A stretch of 64,000 nt of DNA from a virus. Location of the stretch: positions 28,260 through 92,259 of the IMG/VR virus record IMGVR_UViG_3300025154_000061; one strand, given 5' to 3'. The notes beneath the pieces were generated by a model. It saw nothing but the letters and a program-made list of their open reading frames with translations. It was not told the origin of the DNA and ran no database searches. Every line of letters begins with the position of its first letter. Within the stretch, counting starts at the first letter, position 1. Shown here piece by piece: positions 31,140 to 40,132 of the stretch. The position numbers and the translations under genes are program-made.

Positions 31140-31349
31140 GTGAAGCTCGCCGACGCCCGCCAACGCCACGACGAACGCACGCCGCGCGAGGTGCCGATCG
31201 TGCATTGGGCGGATCCCGCGCCTGACGCGCCGGGCTTTCGTTCGGTGCTCGCCGTCTGCGGGAACCTCGCGGGCTTCGCTGCGACGCACGCCTACGACAC
31301 GACCTGCCCCGAATGCCTCGCCCGGTTGCGCGAAAGGTCGGGGAAGTGA
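31140..31349 (+). CDS. KLADAR-leader protein with Cys/His motif
   Basis: MKLADARQRH...VH...CG...TCPEC. Confidence 0.65.
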   Translation: MKLADARQRHDERTPREVPIVHWADPAPDAPGFRSVLAVCGNLAGFAATHAYDTTCPECLARLRERSGK

Positions 31350-31759
31350 AGCTCGCCGACGCCCGCGATCGCTTCGTGCGTGGCGTCCCGACGTCGACGC
31401 CGCCCTTCACCGCTTCCGAACTGCTCGCCGCGTTGAAGGCGGCCCGCCTTCCGCTGACCGCTGGCGAGTTCGACGCAACGCACGAGTGGGCGATCCGCTA
31501 CGGGCTGCCGCTCGCAGACGTGGTCGAGCGCATGAAGAAGGCGACCGACGACAAGGCCCTCGAACGCGCACAACGCAAGCGCCTCGACGCCAGCGCTCGC
31601 GCGCAGATCGACGCCGCGTTCGAGGCCCGCGAGCATTCGCCCGAAGCGCACGAGAGCCGCACCGCTGCGGATCTCTACCGGGAGGGGCACACTGTAGCCG
31701 ACGCGGTCGCGATCGTCGTGGAATCGGCCGCCGCGTTCGCCAAGAGGGGCAGGCCGTGA
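31346..31759 (+). CDS. KLADAR-leader protein
   Basis: MKLADARDRFVRGVPTSTP; GTGA-coupled. Confidence 0.65.
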   Translation: MKLADARDRFVRGVPTSTPPFTASELLAALKAARLPLTAGEFDATHEWAIRYGLPLADVVERMKKATDDKALERAQRKRLDASARAQIDAAFEAREHSPEAHESRTAADLYREGHTVADAVAIVVESAAAFAKRGRP

Positions 31760-32484
31760 AGCTCGCCGACGTGCGCGCCCGCTTCGAGAAGGGGGTTCCG
31801 ACCTCGACGCCCGAGGTCGAGGCCGTGACCGAGCCCGCCGAGCGCCCCGAAGACTACGGGCCGCACCTCTTCTCGACCCGCGAGCAACTCGAAAAGCTCG
31901 CCGACGCGTTCAAGGCTGGCGCGGTGTCGGCGAGTGCCTTCGGCGAGGCGTTCGCCCGCGTGGGTCGTTCGTTCGCCCACGGCTTCGGCACGCCGCCGAC
32001 GTTCGTAATGTCGCTCGAACTGGCCGAGGCATACAAGAAGGCCGGGATCTCGGGCGTCAGCGTCGAGGGGCCGACGGTCGATCGCGTCGCCGGGATCAAG
32101 GTCGTGACGAGCCCGCACGTTCCAAAGGGGACCGTGCTAGTCGTCGGCGACGATCCATTCGCGGGGGTGAAGGGGATCTTCGACGACCCGCCCGCGCACC
32201 CCGCCTGTCGGTGCGGGATCGATCACGGCTTCATGGCCGAAGACGCGCTCGCGCTGTCGAGGATCTCGGCCGACCCGTGCGGCTTCGAGGCCCGCTTCCC
32301 GCGCCTCTTGAATCGCGACTTCAAGTTCGCCGCGCAGGCTCGCGCCGCAGGGCTCGCCGCCGCCGCGTGGGTCGTGCGCCTCTTCGCCTCGGTGGTCGGA
32401 GGCAGTCGACCGCCCGAACCCCGCGCCCGGTCGCCTACCTGCGCCCGGTTCGGGGCGCTTCTTGCGTGTCAACCGATAGGCTAG
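31756..32484 (+). CDS. KLADAR-leader protein
   Basis: MKLADVRARFEKGVPTSTP; GTGA-coupled. Confidence 0.6.
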   Translation: MKLADVRARFEKGVPTSTPEVEAVTEPAERPEDYGPHLFSTREQLEKLADAFKAGAVSASAFGEAFARVGRSFAHGFGTPPTFVMSLELAEAYKKAGISGVSVEGPTVDRVAGIKVVTSPHVPKGTVLVVGDDPFAGVKGIFDDPPAHPACRCGIDHGFMAEDALALSRISADPCGFEARFPRLLNRDFKFAAQARAAGLAAAAWVVRLFASVVGGSRPPEPRARSPTCARFGALLACQPIG

Positions 32485-32491
32485 CCTATCG
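32474..32491. promoter_or_regulatory. Perfect 18-bp palindrome, best copy of the dispersed WTAGRC-NN-GYCTAW motif
   Basis: CGATAGGCTAGCCTATCG. Confidence 0.6.
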
Positions 32492-32520
32492 CCAACCCCG
32501 CACGCCAAGCCGACCCGCGA

Positions 32521-32600
32521 ACAATCGACACAAGCCCTTCGCTTTTTTCTTGCGACGTTTACGCCCTAGACGTAAAAGGAAGGCGTCGGCAATGACGCCG
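32521..32600 (+). repeat. 80-bp promoter/leader cassette, copy 1
   Basis: One mismatch to 33989-34068; contains TTGCGA-17-TAAAAG and a leader hairpin. Confidence 0.9.
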
Positions 32601-32614
32601 CGCAGGGGTTGAAG

Positions 32615-32935
32615 ATGAACGCCGTTCAGACCGAGACGATTCGCCAGTTCGTGACCCTCACGCCCGAGAGCCTGCGCTCGAACGGCCGCACCTTCAAGCG
32701 CACGACGACGCTCTTCGGCGCCGGGACCGAGGTCGTCTTCGCGTGGGCGAGCAAGCGCAAGGGCGCCTTCTGCGCCGACAAGGTCGTCGCGACGGTCGCC
32801 TACGACCACGCGAGCGACACCTACGGGATCAAGGTCGTTCGGTTCGACGGCGTCACCTTCGCGACCGAGACGCTCGCCGACCTCGACGGCGCGACCTTCG
32901 AGGCGTTCGAGAACGTCGCCGCGATCGCGGCGTAG
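32615..32935 (+). CDS. Hypothetical protein
   Basis: AGGGG RBS after cassette. Confidence 0.7.
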   Translation: MNAVQTETIRQFVTLTPESLRSNGRTFKRTTTLFGAGTEVVFAWASKRKGAFCADKVVATVAYDHASDTYGIKVVRFDGVTFATETLADLDGATFEAFENVAAIAA

Positions 32936-32947
32936 GGGGGGGCGGCC

Positions 32948-33154
32948 ATGAAAGAGCACTGCGGGAACTGCGCGAAGACGCGCACCTTGTTCGACGTGAC
33001 CGGGGCGCTCGCCTCTCACACGACCTGCGGCGTCGAGGCCGTGATCGGCGAGGCGACCGATCAACCCCCGAAGCGCTGCGTCTGTCAGAACGTCTACGAC
33101 GAGACGAAGCCCGAGGGCTGCCCGGGTTGGGCGAAAGCGGCGGTGACGCGATGA
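32948..33154 (+). CDS. Small Cys-rich protein
   Basis: CGNC...C...CVC...CPGW. Confidence 0.6.
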   Translation: MKEHCGNCAKTRTLFDVTGALASHTTCGVEAVIGEATDQPPKRCVCQNVYDETKPEGCPGWAKAAVTR

Positions 33155-33366
33155 CCTGCGAGCGCCAGATCGACGGGCTGTATATGGTGCGTGGGCTCGG
33201 GGCGCCCTTCCTCATGGCCGACAAGCCCCGCAAGCTCGGGATGACCGACCCCGCCCGTAAGGGGTGGGCGTTCGCCCGTACCAACGGGCTGTCGTTCGGT
33301 TGGGGGCACAAGACCCGCAAGGCGTGCTTGGTCGAGATTGAACGCGTCATGAACCGCGACGCGTGA
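33151..33366 (+). CDS. Hypothetical protein
   Basis: ATGA-coupled. Confidence 0.55.
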   Translation: MTCERQIDGLYMVRGLGAPFLMADKPRKLGMTDPARKGWAFARTNGLSFGWGHKTRKACLVEIERVMNRDA

Positions 33367-33376
33367 GGGGGCAGCC

Positions 33377-33946
33377 GTGATCGAACGACACGAGATCTTG
33401 ATCGCCAGCGTGGCCGAGGGGGACGTCGTTACCTATTGGTCGAGGAAGAGAAAGCAAGTGCGCACGGGGCGCGTCGTGCTCGTGCGGCCGCGCAAGCATA
33501 CCTTGAAGGTCGAGCACGCGCGCGGCTTCAACGAAGAGATCGACCCCGCCGACGTGCGCCGCGTCGAGCGCGAGGGGCCGCCGCCGTTGACCGAGGCGCA
33601 GGCCGCCGCGTTGAAGCACACCCTCGACGGGATCGACGCCTGCCTCGATTTGCTCGCCAGCGACGAGAAGGCCCCGCCCGCCGTTCACCCGTTCAAGGCT
33701 GCGGTCGAAGCCGCCCTCTCGCGTGGCGGCGTCTTGAAGGGCGATCTCTGCGACGCCCTCGGGCGGGGCTCGCGCCCGGCTTGGTTCACCGAGATCATGG
33801 GACGGGTCGAGAGGGGCACGGCGACGATCGACGAGATCGGATCGATCGCTGTCGTCTGCGCCAAGCACGACCCCGAGGCGACTCGCCGCGCTCGCTACCT
33901 GCGGGATCTCGTGCTGCTCGCCTTCGACTTCGGCACCTACCAATAG
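33377..33946 (+). CDS. Hypothetical protein (SH3/KOW-like N-terminus)
   Basis: GDVVTYW...TGRVVLV; RBS. Confidence 0.55.
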   Translation: MIERHEILIASVAEGDVVTYWSRKRKQVRTGRVVLVRPRKHTLKVEHARGFNEEIDPADVRRVEREGPPPLTEAQAAALKHTLDGIDACLDLLASDEKAPPAVHPFKAAVEAALSRGGVLKGDLCDALGRGSRPAWFTEIMGRVERGTATIDEIGSIAVVCAKHDPEATRRARYLRDLVLLAFDFGTYQ

Positions 33947-33988
33947 ACAGCCCTATCGCTCGGCCTCGCCTGCCGTGCGGCCTTCCCG

Positions 33989-34068
33989 ACAATCGACACA
34001 AGCCCTTCGCTTTTTTCTTGCGACGCTTACGCCCTAGACGTAAAAGGAAGGCGTCGGCAATGACGCCG
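33989..34068 (+). repeat. 80-bp promoter/leader cassette, copy 2
   Basis: Matches 32521-32600. Confidence 0.9.
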
Positions 34069-34084
34069 AGGCGAGGGGCCGAAG

Positions 34085-34312
34085 ATGGAAATGGTTCAGG
34101 CGGTTCGTAGCGAGATCGTGAAAGACACGTTCCCCGGTTCGCGTCGCCCCTACGGCGTGCGCGTCTACCTGACCACGAACTACGGCACCGAGATCAAGGC
34201 CGTCGATACGTTCAACGGGGGCACGGGCTACAAGACGCGCCCCGAGGCCCTCACCGCCGCGCGCGGCTTCGTCGCCGCCTACGCGCCGCACGTCTCAAAG
34301 ACCGGGAACTAG
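34085..34312 (+). CDS. Hypothetical protein
   Basis: GAGGGG RBS. Confidence 0.65.
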   Translation: MEMVQAVRSEIVKDTFPGSRRPYGVRVYLTTNYGTEIKAVDTFNGGTGYKTRPEALTAARGFVAAYAPHVSKTGN

Positions 34313-34321
34313 GGGATCAAG

Positions 34322-34783
34322 ATGGATCAAGCGACCTTCGACACCCGCGCCGCCCTCTACGTCGACGTCGTCTCGCGGCTCCCCTTCGGCCGCGCCTTCC
34401 GCGCCCGGTTCGCTGGCGTCTCGCCCGTGACCGGGATCCGCTTCAACGTCGGCGACCCCTGCCGCATGATCGACGGCCTCGGCTGCGTGCCTGACGCCGA
34501 TATGGGAACCGAGCGCCTCTCGATTCGACAGGGCGACACCGTCGCCCGCGTGCTCGACCGCTGCAACCTGCCGACCGTCGAGCGGGCGAAGGCGTGGGCG
34601 ACCCGCGCCGACGTGCGCATCGTCGCGACGGTCAACGCGCAGGGGAAGGCGACGCCCTACGCGGCCGACGCGCAAGGTCGCTTCGGGCGCTCGGGTTGGG
34701 GCGGTCACGTCGAGCCCATGACCGACAAGCAGATCGCCGCCCGCATGAACGCCGCGACGCTGCTTGTCGCGTGGCCGAAGTAG
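34322..34783 (+). CDS. Hypothetical protein
   Basis: AGGGG RBS. Confidence 0.65.
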   Translation: MDQATFDTRAALYVDVVSRLPFGRAFRARFAGVSPVTGIRFNVGDPCRMIDGLGCVPDADMGTERLSIRQGDTVARVLDRCNLPTVERAKAWATRADVRIVATVNAQGKATPYAADAQGRFGRSGWGGHVEPMTDKQIAARMNAATLLVAWPK

Positions 34784-34838
34784 CACCTCCTGCACCTCCT
34801 GCCGATCTGCGTTGCGCCTGCACCTCCTGCCCCTTCCC

Positions 34839-34864
34839 GCGACGCCCGACCCCTTCCTCTCGTA
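34839..34864 (+). promoter_or_regulatory. GCGACG-N16-CGTA putative phage promoter
   Basis: Exact motif. Confidence 0.7.
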
Positions 34865-34896
34865 GAACTCGGCGAAGACACCCCGCAGGGGCTACC

Positions 34897-35163
34897 ATGA
34901 CCGACGCCGCGCCCGTCAGAACGATCCCGAAGCTGACCCCGGTCGACTCGTCGAACATCAAGGCGATCGGCTACGCCAAGGCCGCCCGCGAGTTGTTCGT
35001 CGAGTTCAACAAGGGCGGGCTCTACGTCTATCTCGACGTCCCGCCCGAAGAGGCGCTCGCCTTCGTGAAGGCCGAGAGCCTCGGCTCGCACCTCGCCAAG
35101 CGGATCAAGCCGACCTTCCGCTTCGAGAAGTGCCCGTCGCAGCCCGTCGAGGTGAGGCCGTGA
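34897..35163 (+). CDS. KTSC domain protein
   Basis: VDSSNIKAIGY...LFVEFNKGGLYVYLDVP...AESLGSHL. Confidence 0.9.
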   Translation: MTDAAPVRTIPKLTPVDSSNIKAIGYAKAARELFVEFNKGGLYVYLDVPPEEALAFVKAESLGSHLAKRIKPTFRFEKCPSQPVEVRP

Positions 35164-35384
35164 AGCGCCAGCGCTGCGACGCCGACACGGGCGGCCCCGG
35201 GAAGCCTTGGAAGCATTGCACGCGGCCCGCCGTCGTGAAGATCTGGACGAAGGGCGGCGTCGAGCTTTGCTACTGCGACGAGCACAAGGCGCGGGCTAAC
35301 GACACGACGGGCCGCTACCATTCCGGCGCCGCCTCGACGCTGTCGCTCGTGCTCGAACCTGCGGGGGTTAACGATGCACTTTGA
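35160..35384 (+). CDS. Small Zn-finger-like protein
   Basis: C...CTRPA...YCDEH. Confidence 0.5.
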   Translation: MKRQRCDADTGGPGKPWKHCTRPAVVKIWTKGGVELCYCDEHKARANDTTGRYHSGAASTLSLVLEPAGVNDAL

Positions 35385-36594
35385 GATCTGCCGCGAGACA
35401 CTCTCGGCCGCGCTGCGTTCGCTCTCGACGGGGATCGAGGTCGTGCGGCTTGAAGCCGACAAGACCCAACCGAAGCGGATCGCCCTCGTCGCGCGCCTGT
35501 CGGGCGTCGAGGTGACGACCTTCGTTCGCGCCTTCGGCGTGCGTTGGTCGGGGGCTTGCAGCCTGCCGCGCGCGGTGCTCGCGCGAGTCGTCGGCGCCAT
35601 GCCCGCCAATGCGATCGAGTTCGAGTCGGTCGCCGGGTGGCGCACGAGCCCCGCCTTGAGGTTCAAGCCCGATTCGCCATCGGCTTGCGAGGCGATCCCG
35701 GGTTGGAATGCGCGCCGGGGTGTGCTCGTCAGCGGCGGCACAATGGGGGCGATCCTCCACCAACGCGCGACCTACGACGCCGTCGAGGTGCCGACGCGCC
35801 CAACGACCCGCGCGACGGTGCCTGCCCGTGCGCTCGCCCGTGCGATCTCGCTGGCGCTCGACTACACCGAGAACGTCGCGAATCACCCCGAGTTTCTGCT
35901 CGTCAACGTCGAGGCGTTCGCCGATCCCGCCGCGCTGCGCGTCATGGCGACCGACGGCGCCCGCCTGACCTCGATCGACTTCGGCGACACGCGGGGCGAG
36001 GTCACGGGGCGCGCGCAGATCGACCGCGCAGGCGCCAACGTGATCGCCTCCGCTCTCGCTCGCCAGCCTGCCGAGGCGTGGGCGACGGTCGAGGTCGACA
36101 CCTCGCCGACCACGGGCAGGCACGGCGTCGAGGTGCTTTCGGTGCGCGCTGGCGACGCGGCGATCAAGGCCGTGACGAGCGATCAAGGCGCCGGGCAGTT
36201 CCCCGACTTTCGCCGCGTGCTGCGGCGCACCTACGCCGGGCGCGCCGTCGTCGAGAAAGGCGCCTTCAAGAGCGCCCTCGCCGGGCTCGGCGTGCTCGCC
36301 GAGAAGCGCCAAGGCTTCAACGTGAGGGCGATCGCCCGCGCGCTCGTGCTGTCGGTCGCGCATCCCGAGCGGGGCAGGGCCGAGCAGGCGCTCGCCGCCG
36401 AAACCTCGCTCGACGTGCTCGACACGATCGACGCGGGGCACTACAACCGCGCCTTTCTCGCCGCGATCGTCGACGCCTCGCCCGGCAAGACGATCGCCTT
36501 CGACCTGTCGAGCGTCGAGGGCGAGCCGTTGCGCTGCGCCTTCGACGTCGAGGGCGGGCGCGTCTCGATCCTCGTCGCCCCTATGCGCGCGTGA
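35374..36594 (+). CDS. dnaN: Divergent DNA polymerase III beta sliding clamp
   Basis: VMATDGARL, GQFPDFRRVL, YNRAFL, C-terminal ILVAPMR. Confidence 0.75.
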   Translation: MHFEICRETLSAALRSLSTGIEVVRLEADKTQPKRIALVARLSGVEVTTFVRAFGVRWSGACSLPRAVLARVVGAMPANAIEFESVAGWRTSPALRFKPDSPSACEAIPGWNARRGVLVSGGTMGAILHQRATYDAVEVPTRPTTRATVPARALARAISLALDYTENVANHPEFLLVNVEAFADPAALRVMATDGARLTSIDFGDTRGEVTGRAQIDRAGANVIASALARQPAEAWATVEVDTSPTTGRHGVEVLSVRAGDAAIKAVTSDQGAGQFPDFRRVLRRTYAGRAVVEKGAFKSALAGLGVLAEKRQGFNVRAIARALVLSVAHPERGRAEQALAAETSLDVLDTIDAGHYNRAFLAAIVDASPGKTIAFDLSSVEGEPLRCAFDVEGGRVSILVAPMRA

Positions 36595-36624
36595 ATAGGC
36601 AAGCCAATCGACAAGGGGGAAGCC

Positions 36625-37005
36625 TTGGAAGTCAGGAACGCCGCACAAGCTCGCGAGTGGTTGAACGCCTGGGGGAAGGGCGCGTTCGAGTTGAACCGCG
36701 CCGCCCGTCTCGCCGACGATATGGACGCCTGTCGGAACCTCTGCCCCGATTGTCGTGGCGAAGAGGCCCGGGGCTATGTCGAAGCCGCCGAGGTCTTGCG
36801 GAAAGCCGTGGCGGCGCACGAGGCGGCGCCGGAAGTGATCGTTGACGAAGCCGAGGTCGACCGGGTTCTCGCCTGCGTTGCGGCCGGTCGCTCGCCGTGC
36901 TGCGACGCGCCGCTCGATCAAAGTCGGGTGGTCCCGACCGGGCGTTACAAGGGGCACGGGCCGCGCCTGTGCTCGAAGTGCGGCGTCGAGGTCTTCCGGG
37001 TCTAG
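36625..37005 (+). CDS. Cys-rich hypothetical protein
   Basis: CPDC, CC...CSKCG; TTG start after AGGGGA. Confidence 0.55.
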   Translation: MEVRNAAQAREWLNAWGKGAFELNRAARLADDMDACRNLCPDCRGEEARGYVEAAEVLRKAVAAHEAAPEVIVDEAEVDRVLACVAAGRSPCCDAPLDQSRVVPTGRYKGHGPRLCSKCGVEVFRV

Positions 37006-37027
37006 TGCAAACCGCGAGGGGGCAGCC

Positions 37028-37495
37028 GTGAGTGATTGGAAGTGGGGCCGGGCGCCGTTTTCCTTTAGCGATCAACCCGTGCTGATTCACGGGGCGCACG
37101 AGGGGCACGTCTCGCCGGATTGGGACTACGACAACGGCGAAGCCGTTAGCACGGGGAAGTTCCGCGCCAACGTCACGACACGCGCCGACGGGCACAAGAC
37201 CCCCTATCGCGTGGGGGTCTGTGACACCGAGGAAGACGCGCGCCGGGCAATCGAGACGCTCTTCGAGGCGTGGGGCTTGCGCGCCAACGCCAACCCGAAC
37301 CATCCCGATCACCCCGACAACGCGGCCGACCACGCCAAGCTGATTCGGCTCGAACGCGGCGCCGACAAGTTGAAGTTCTACCATCCCGACTATCCAAAGC
37401 ACCGATTCTATTCGGAAATCGACACGATCCGTAACGCGCAGAAGCTCAGGGCCGAAGGGGGAAGGCGAGCCCCTCCCGCCCCTGAAACGTGCTAG
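37028..37495 (+). CDS. Hypothetical protein
   Basis: GAGGGGG RBS, GTG start. Confidence 0.55.
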   Translation: MSDWKWGRAPFSFSDQPVLIHGAHEGHVSPDWDYDNGEAVSTGKFRANVTTRADGHKTPYRVGVCDTEEDARRAIETLFEAWGLRANANPNHPDHPDNAADHAKLIRLERGADKLKFYHPDYPKHRFYSEIDTIRNAQKLRAEGGRRAPPAPETC

Positions 37496-37529
37496 ACTTC
37501 CGCCGCAACCGCGAGGGGGATCGCCCAAG

Positions 37530-37679
37530 ATGAACGAGACGACCCGAACCAAGACACAAGTACACTTCGACGCCGTGCTCGGGAAGGCGAAGGCCGCCGC
37601 CCCGCAAAAGCTCGTCGGCGAGGAAGCCCCGCCCGAGCGCACGAAGAAGCGCGCCCGTAAGAAGGGGCTGCCGTCATGA
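37530..37679 (+). CDS. 49-aa basic protein (not in ORF track)
   Basis: GAGGGGG RBS; ATGA overlap with next gene. Confidence 0.5.
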   Translation: MNETTRTKTQVHFDAVLGKAKAAAPQKLVGEEAPPERTKKRARKKGLPS

Positions 37680-38047
37680 AGCATCCCGACACGCTGACCG
37701 CCCGCCCGAACCCGCGCGCACGCCTGCCGCTCGTCGAGTGCCTGAACGACCCGGGCTTCCGCCGAGCCCGAGCCCCCGAGCCCGAGCGGCAGTATATCCC
37801 GTGCGTGACCAACGACGCCGAGGCGGCCGCCGCGCCTGTGATCGACTGGCCGAGCGAGCACCTCGCGCACTACCCCGAGACGGTGGTCATGGCCCCCGCC
37901 AAGCCCAAGCGCACGAGGAAGCCGCGCTCGACGTCGAGCGCCTTCGAGACGATGGGCGGCGCCCCGGGATTCCCCGACGCCCAAGCTGCCAAGCCCAAGA
38001 AGCCGCCACGCGCACGCAAGGGCACCAAGAAGAAGCCGACGACCTAG
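37676..38047 (+). CDS. Basic hypothetical protein
   Basis: K/R/P-rich C-terminus; coupled. Confidence 0.55.
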   Translation: MKHPDTLTARPNPRARLPLVECLNDPGFRRARAPEPERQYIPCVTNDAEAAAAPVIDWPSEHLAHYPETVVMAPAKPKRTRKPRSTSSAFETMGGAPGFPDAQAAKPKKPPRARKGTKKKPTT

Positions 38048-38102
38048 CCCCGCCCTCGACACCCCGCCCCGCACACCAAGACGCCTTCCCGCGCGCGCCC
38101 AA

Positions 38103-38128
38103 GCGACGCGCCCGACCTCGACGACGTA
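38103..38128 (+). promoter_or_regulatory. GCGACG-N16-CGTA putative phage promoter
   Basis: Exact motif. Confidence 0.7.
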
Positions 38129-38159
38129 GAAGGTGCGAACCACGACGAGGGGGCCGCCC

Positions 38160-38318
38160 GTGACGCGCTACGGTCAAACGATGCTCTGCGCCTTCTGCGC
38201 TGCCGTGTCCTATCTCGCGAGCACCAAGACGCCGAGTCTTCTCGCCGGGTCTGCCGTCGTGCTCGCCGCCGCTCTCGTCGGCTTCGTCATAGGGTCGACC
38301 GCCACGCCCAAGCGCTAG
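38160..38318 (+). CDS. Small membrane protein
   Basis: GAGGGGG RBS; two hydrophobic stretches. Confidence 0.55.
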   Translation: MTRYGQTMLCAFCAAVSYLASTKTPSLLAGSAVVLAAALVGFVIGSTATPKR

Positions 38319-38319
38319 C

Positions 38320-39598
38320 CTGCGACCTGCGAGCCTAACCTCACCCGCCCGCGCGTCTACCAATCCAACCCGACCCAACAACCGACCAAGAAACCGCAGG
38401 CGCAACCAACACAACGATCGACACCGCAGCGGAGAGGAACGCACACCCAACGCCCGCACTCGCACCCGCCCGTCACGCGCTGCGCCTGCTCGCCCTCCCC
38501 GGTGTGCAAGCCCACGGGGGACGCAAGCCCCAACCCGACCGAGGCCCGAGCGCCCGAGCCCGCACTCGTGGGGGGCTGGGGGGCCGGCAAGCGGTAGGGT
38601 GGGGCGCTCGCTCGGTAGGGCACACTCGCTCGCGCGAGCACGAGGGGGAAGGCAGGCACTCACCCCCGCAGGTAAGCCAACCCCGCAACCCCGCACCCCG
38701 GGCCGGTTTGCTGACGCGCGGGCCTAGTCGTATGGAAATGAGCTTGCGCCCGGGTGAGAGGGGGCAGGGACAATGGGTAAGCGGTAGGATGCACGGGCGC
38801 CCCCGGGGCCGCCCTGGGTGCGGGAATGCGAATGCAGGCAGGCCCGGAATGCAGGCAGGGGCACGCGGTCGGGCAAGCATGGGGGAAGGAAGGATCGCTC
38901 CAATAACCCCCTGCCCGACCAAAGCCCAAAAGATTACCATGACTTACGCTCGCGCTCCGCTTTCTCGGGCGCCCTTCCCGGTCTATCAATAGGGCTGTGT
39001 ATAGGTCGACCGGAAAGGGCGCGCCCAAGCACCCCCGGGGGCAGGCGCTCGACCCCGATCGTGCTACTGGCCCGACCCGCAAACTTGCCCGGTCGGAGCT
39101 ATCTCGGGAGGGGGCGATCCTATCAATAGGGCTGTGTATAGGTCCGAGGATCGAGGGGGATGATTCCCGCGCCCCCGGGGGTGGGGGACTGGCGATCGGA
39201 TCGGGGGTGGGGGAGGGGGTGTTTTAGCAGTGACCCGCCCGCGCGCTATGCGAAAAAGTGGCGAGGGGGTCTGCCCCCTGACCGGGTGCAAGGCGGCCCC
39301 CTGTGCGGGATTGGTTGTTTTCTTGGTGGCCGACCAATGCACGCCAGCACCGAGAGGGTCGTCGGTCCCGCGAGCCCCGAGGCGTGCGCCTGCCCCAAGT
39401 GCCCCGGCCGCTTTGCCAGTGGCCCCCGACCCCAATCGCTTGATATATGCACGCCCCCGCGCTCGAACCCGTCAGGGGAACGAGTGCGCTTTGTGAATAG
39501 CCCCAACCCCGCGCCCTGGGCTTGTGCGTTCAGGTTCGGGCCGATCCGGGGATCCCGGGTTCGTGCTTTCTTGATTTATAGGTGTCGCGTGGGGCGGG
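38320..39598. other. About 1.3-kb non-coding island between convergent gene blocks
   Basis: Atypical composition, strand-skewed tracts, 25-bp direct repeat at 38983-39007 and 39120-39144. Confidence 0.6.
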
Positions 39599-40132
39599 CT
39601 AGAGGTCGTCGGGCCAGCCTTCGCCGCCCCGAGGAACCCCGCCCGGCTCGTCTTCGTCGAACGCGGCAGGGGCGGGGCAGCGAGCCCACAACGTGCGCCC
39701 GACACTCGGGCTCGGGTCGGCCCGCTTGCCTGCGCTCGCTGCCGCTCGCGTGCGTGAGGCGGGCGCGGTTTCCGGGGTGGAATCACGGGCGCCCGGCGCG
39801 GGGGTGGGAACGCCGGGCGATGTCTTCGACGGGGCGCGTCCTATCTTGGGAAGCTCGGGCTCGCGTGCCGTGGTCGCCATAGGGGCGATCTCGTCGGTGT
39901 AGAAGGTGTGCGTCGCCCGCTTCGTCAGCGAGTCAACGAGGTTCCGCATTTCGACGAGGCGCTTCCGGTCGACCTTCCCGAGCCCGTCGCAGACGTAGCG
40001 CGAGACGACGTCGATCACGTCGCCGAGCGTGCCGACTCGCCCGGCGATCCCCTGCGCGGCGGCGGGGGCCTCGACCTTGACGGTCGCCGGGCGCTTGGCG
40101 TCGAACTTGGCGCGCACCCCGTCGAGCTTCAC
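39599..40132 (-). CDS. KLADAR-like leader protein
   Basis: MKLDGVRAKF; GTGA-coupled; C-terminal extent uncertain. Confidence 0.55.
   Translation of the reverse strand: MKLDGVRAKFDAKRPATVKVEAPAAAQGIAGRVGTLGDVIDVVSRYVCDGLGKVDRKRLVEMRNLVDSLTKRATHTFYTDEIAPMATTAREPELPKIGRAPSKTSPGVPTPAPGARDSTPETAPASRTRAAASAGKRADPSPSVGRTLWARCPAPAAFDEDEPGGVPRGGEGWPDDL

Noticed and set aside
32552-32574. GCGACG...CGTA inside the 80-bp cassette
   Set aside because: Spacer is 13 bp, not 16; better read as TTGCGA-17-TAAAAG.
38357-39882. ORF-track predictions within the non-coding island
   Set aside because: Atypical codon usage, no RBS, P/G/R-rich translations.
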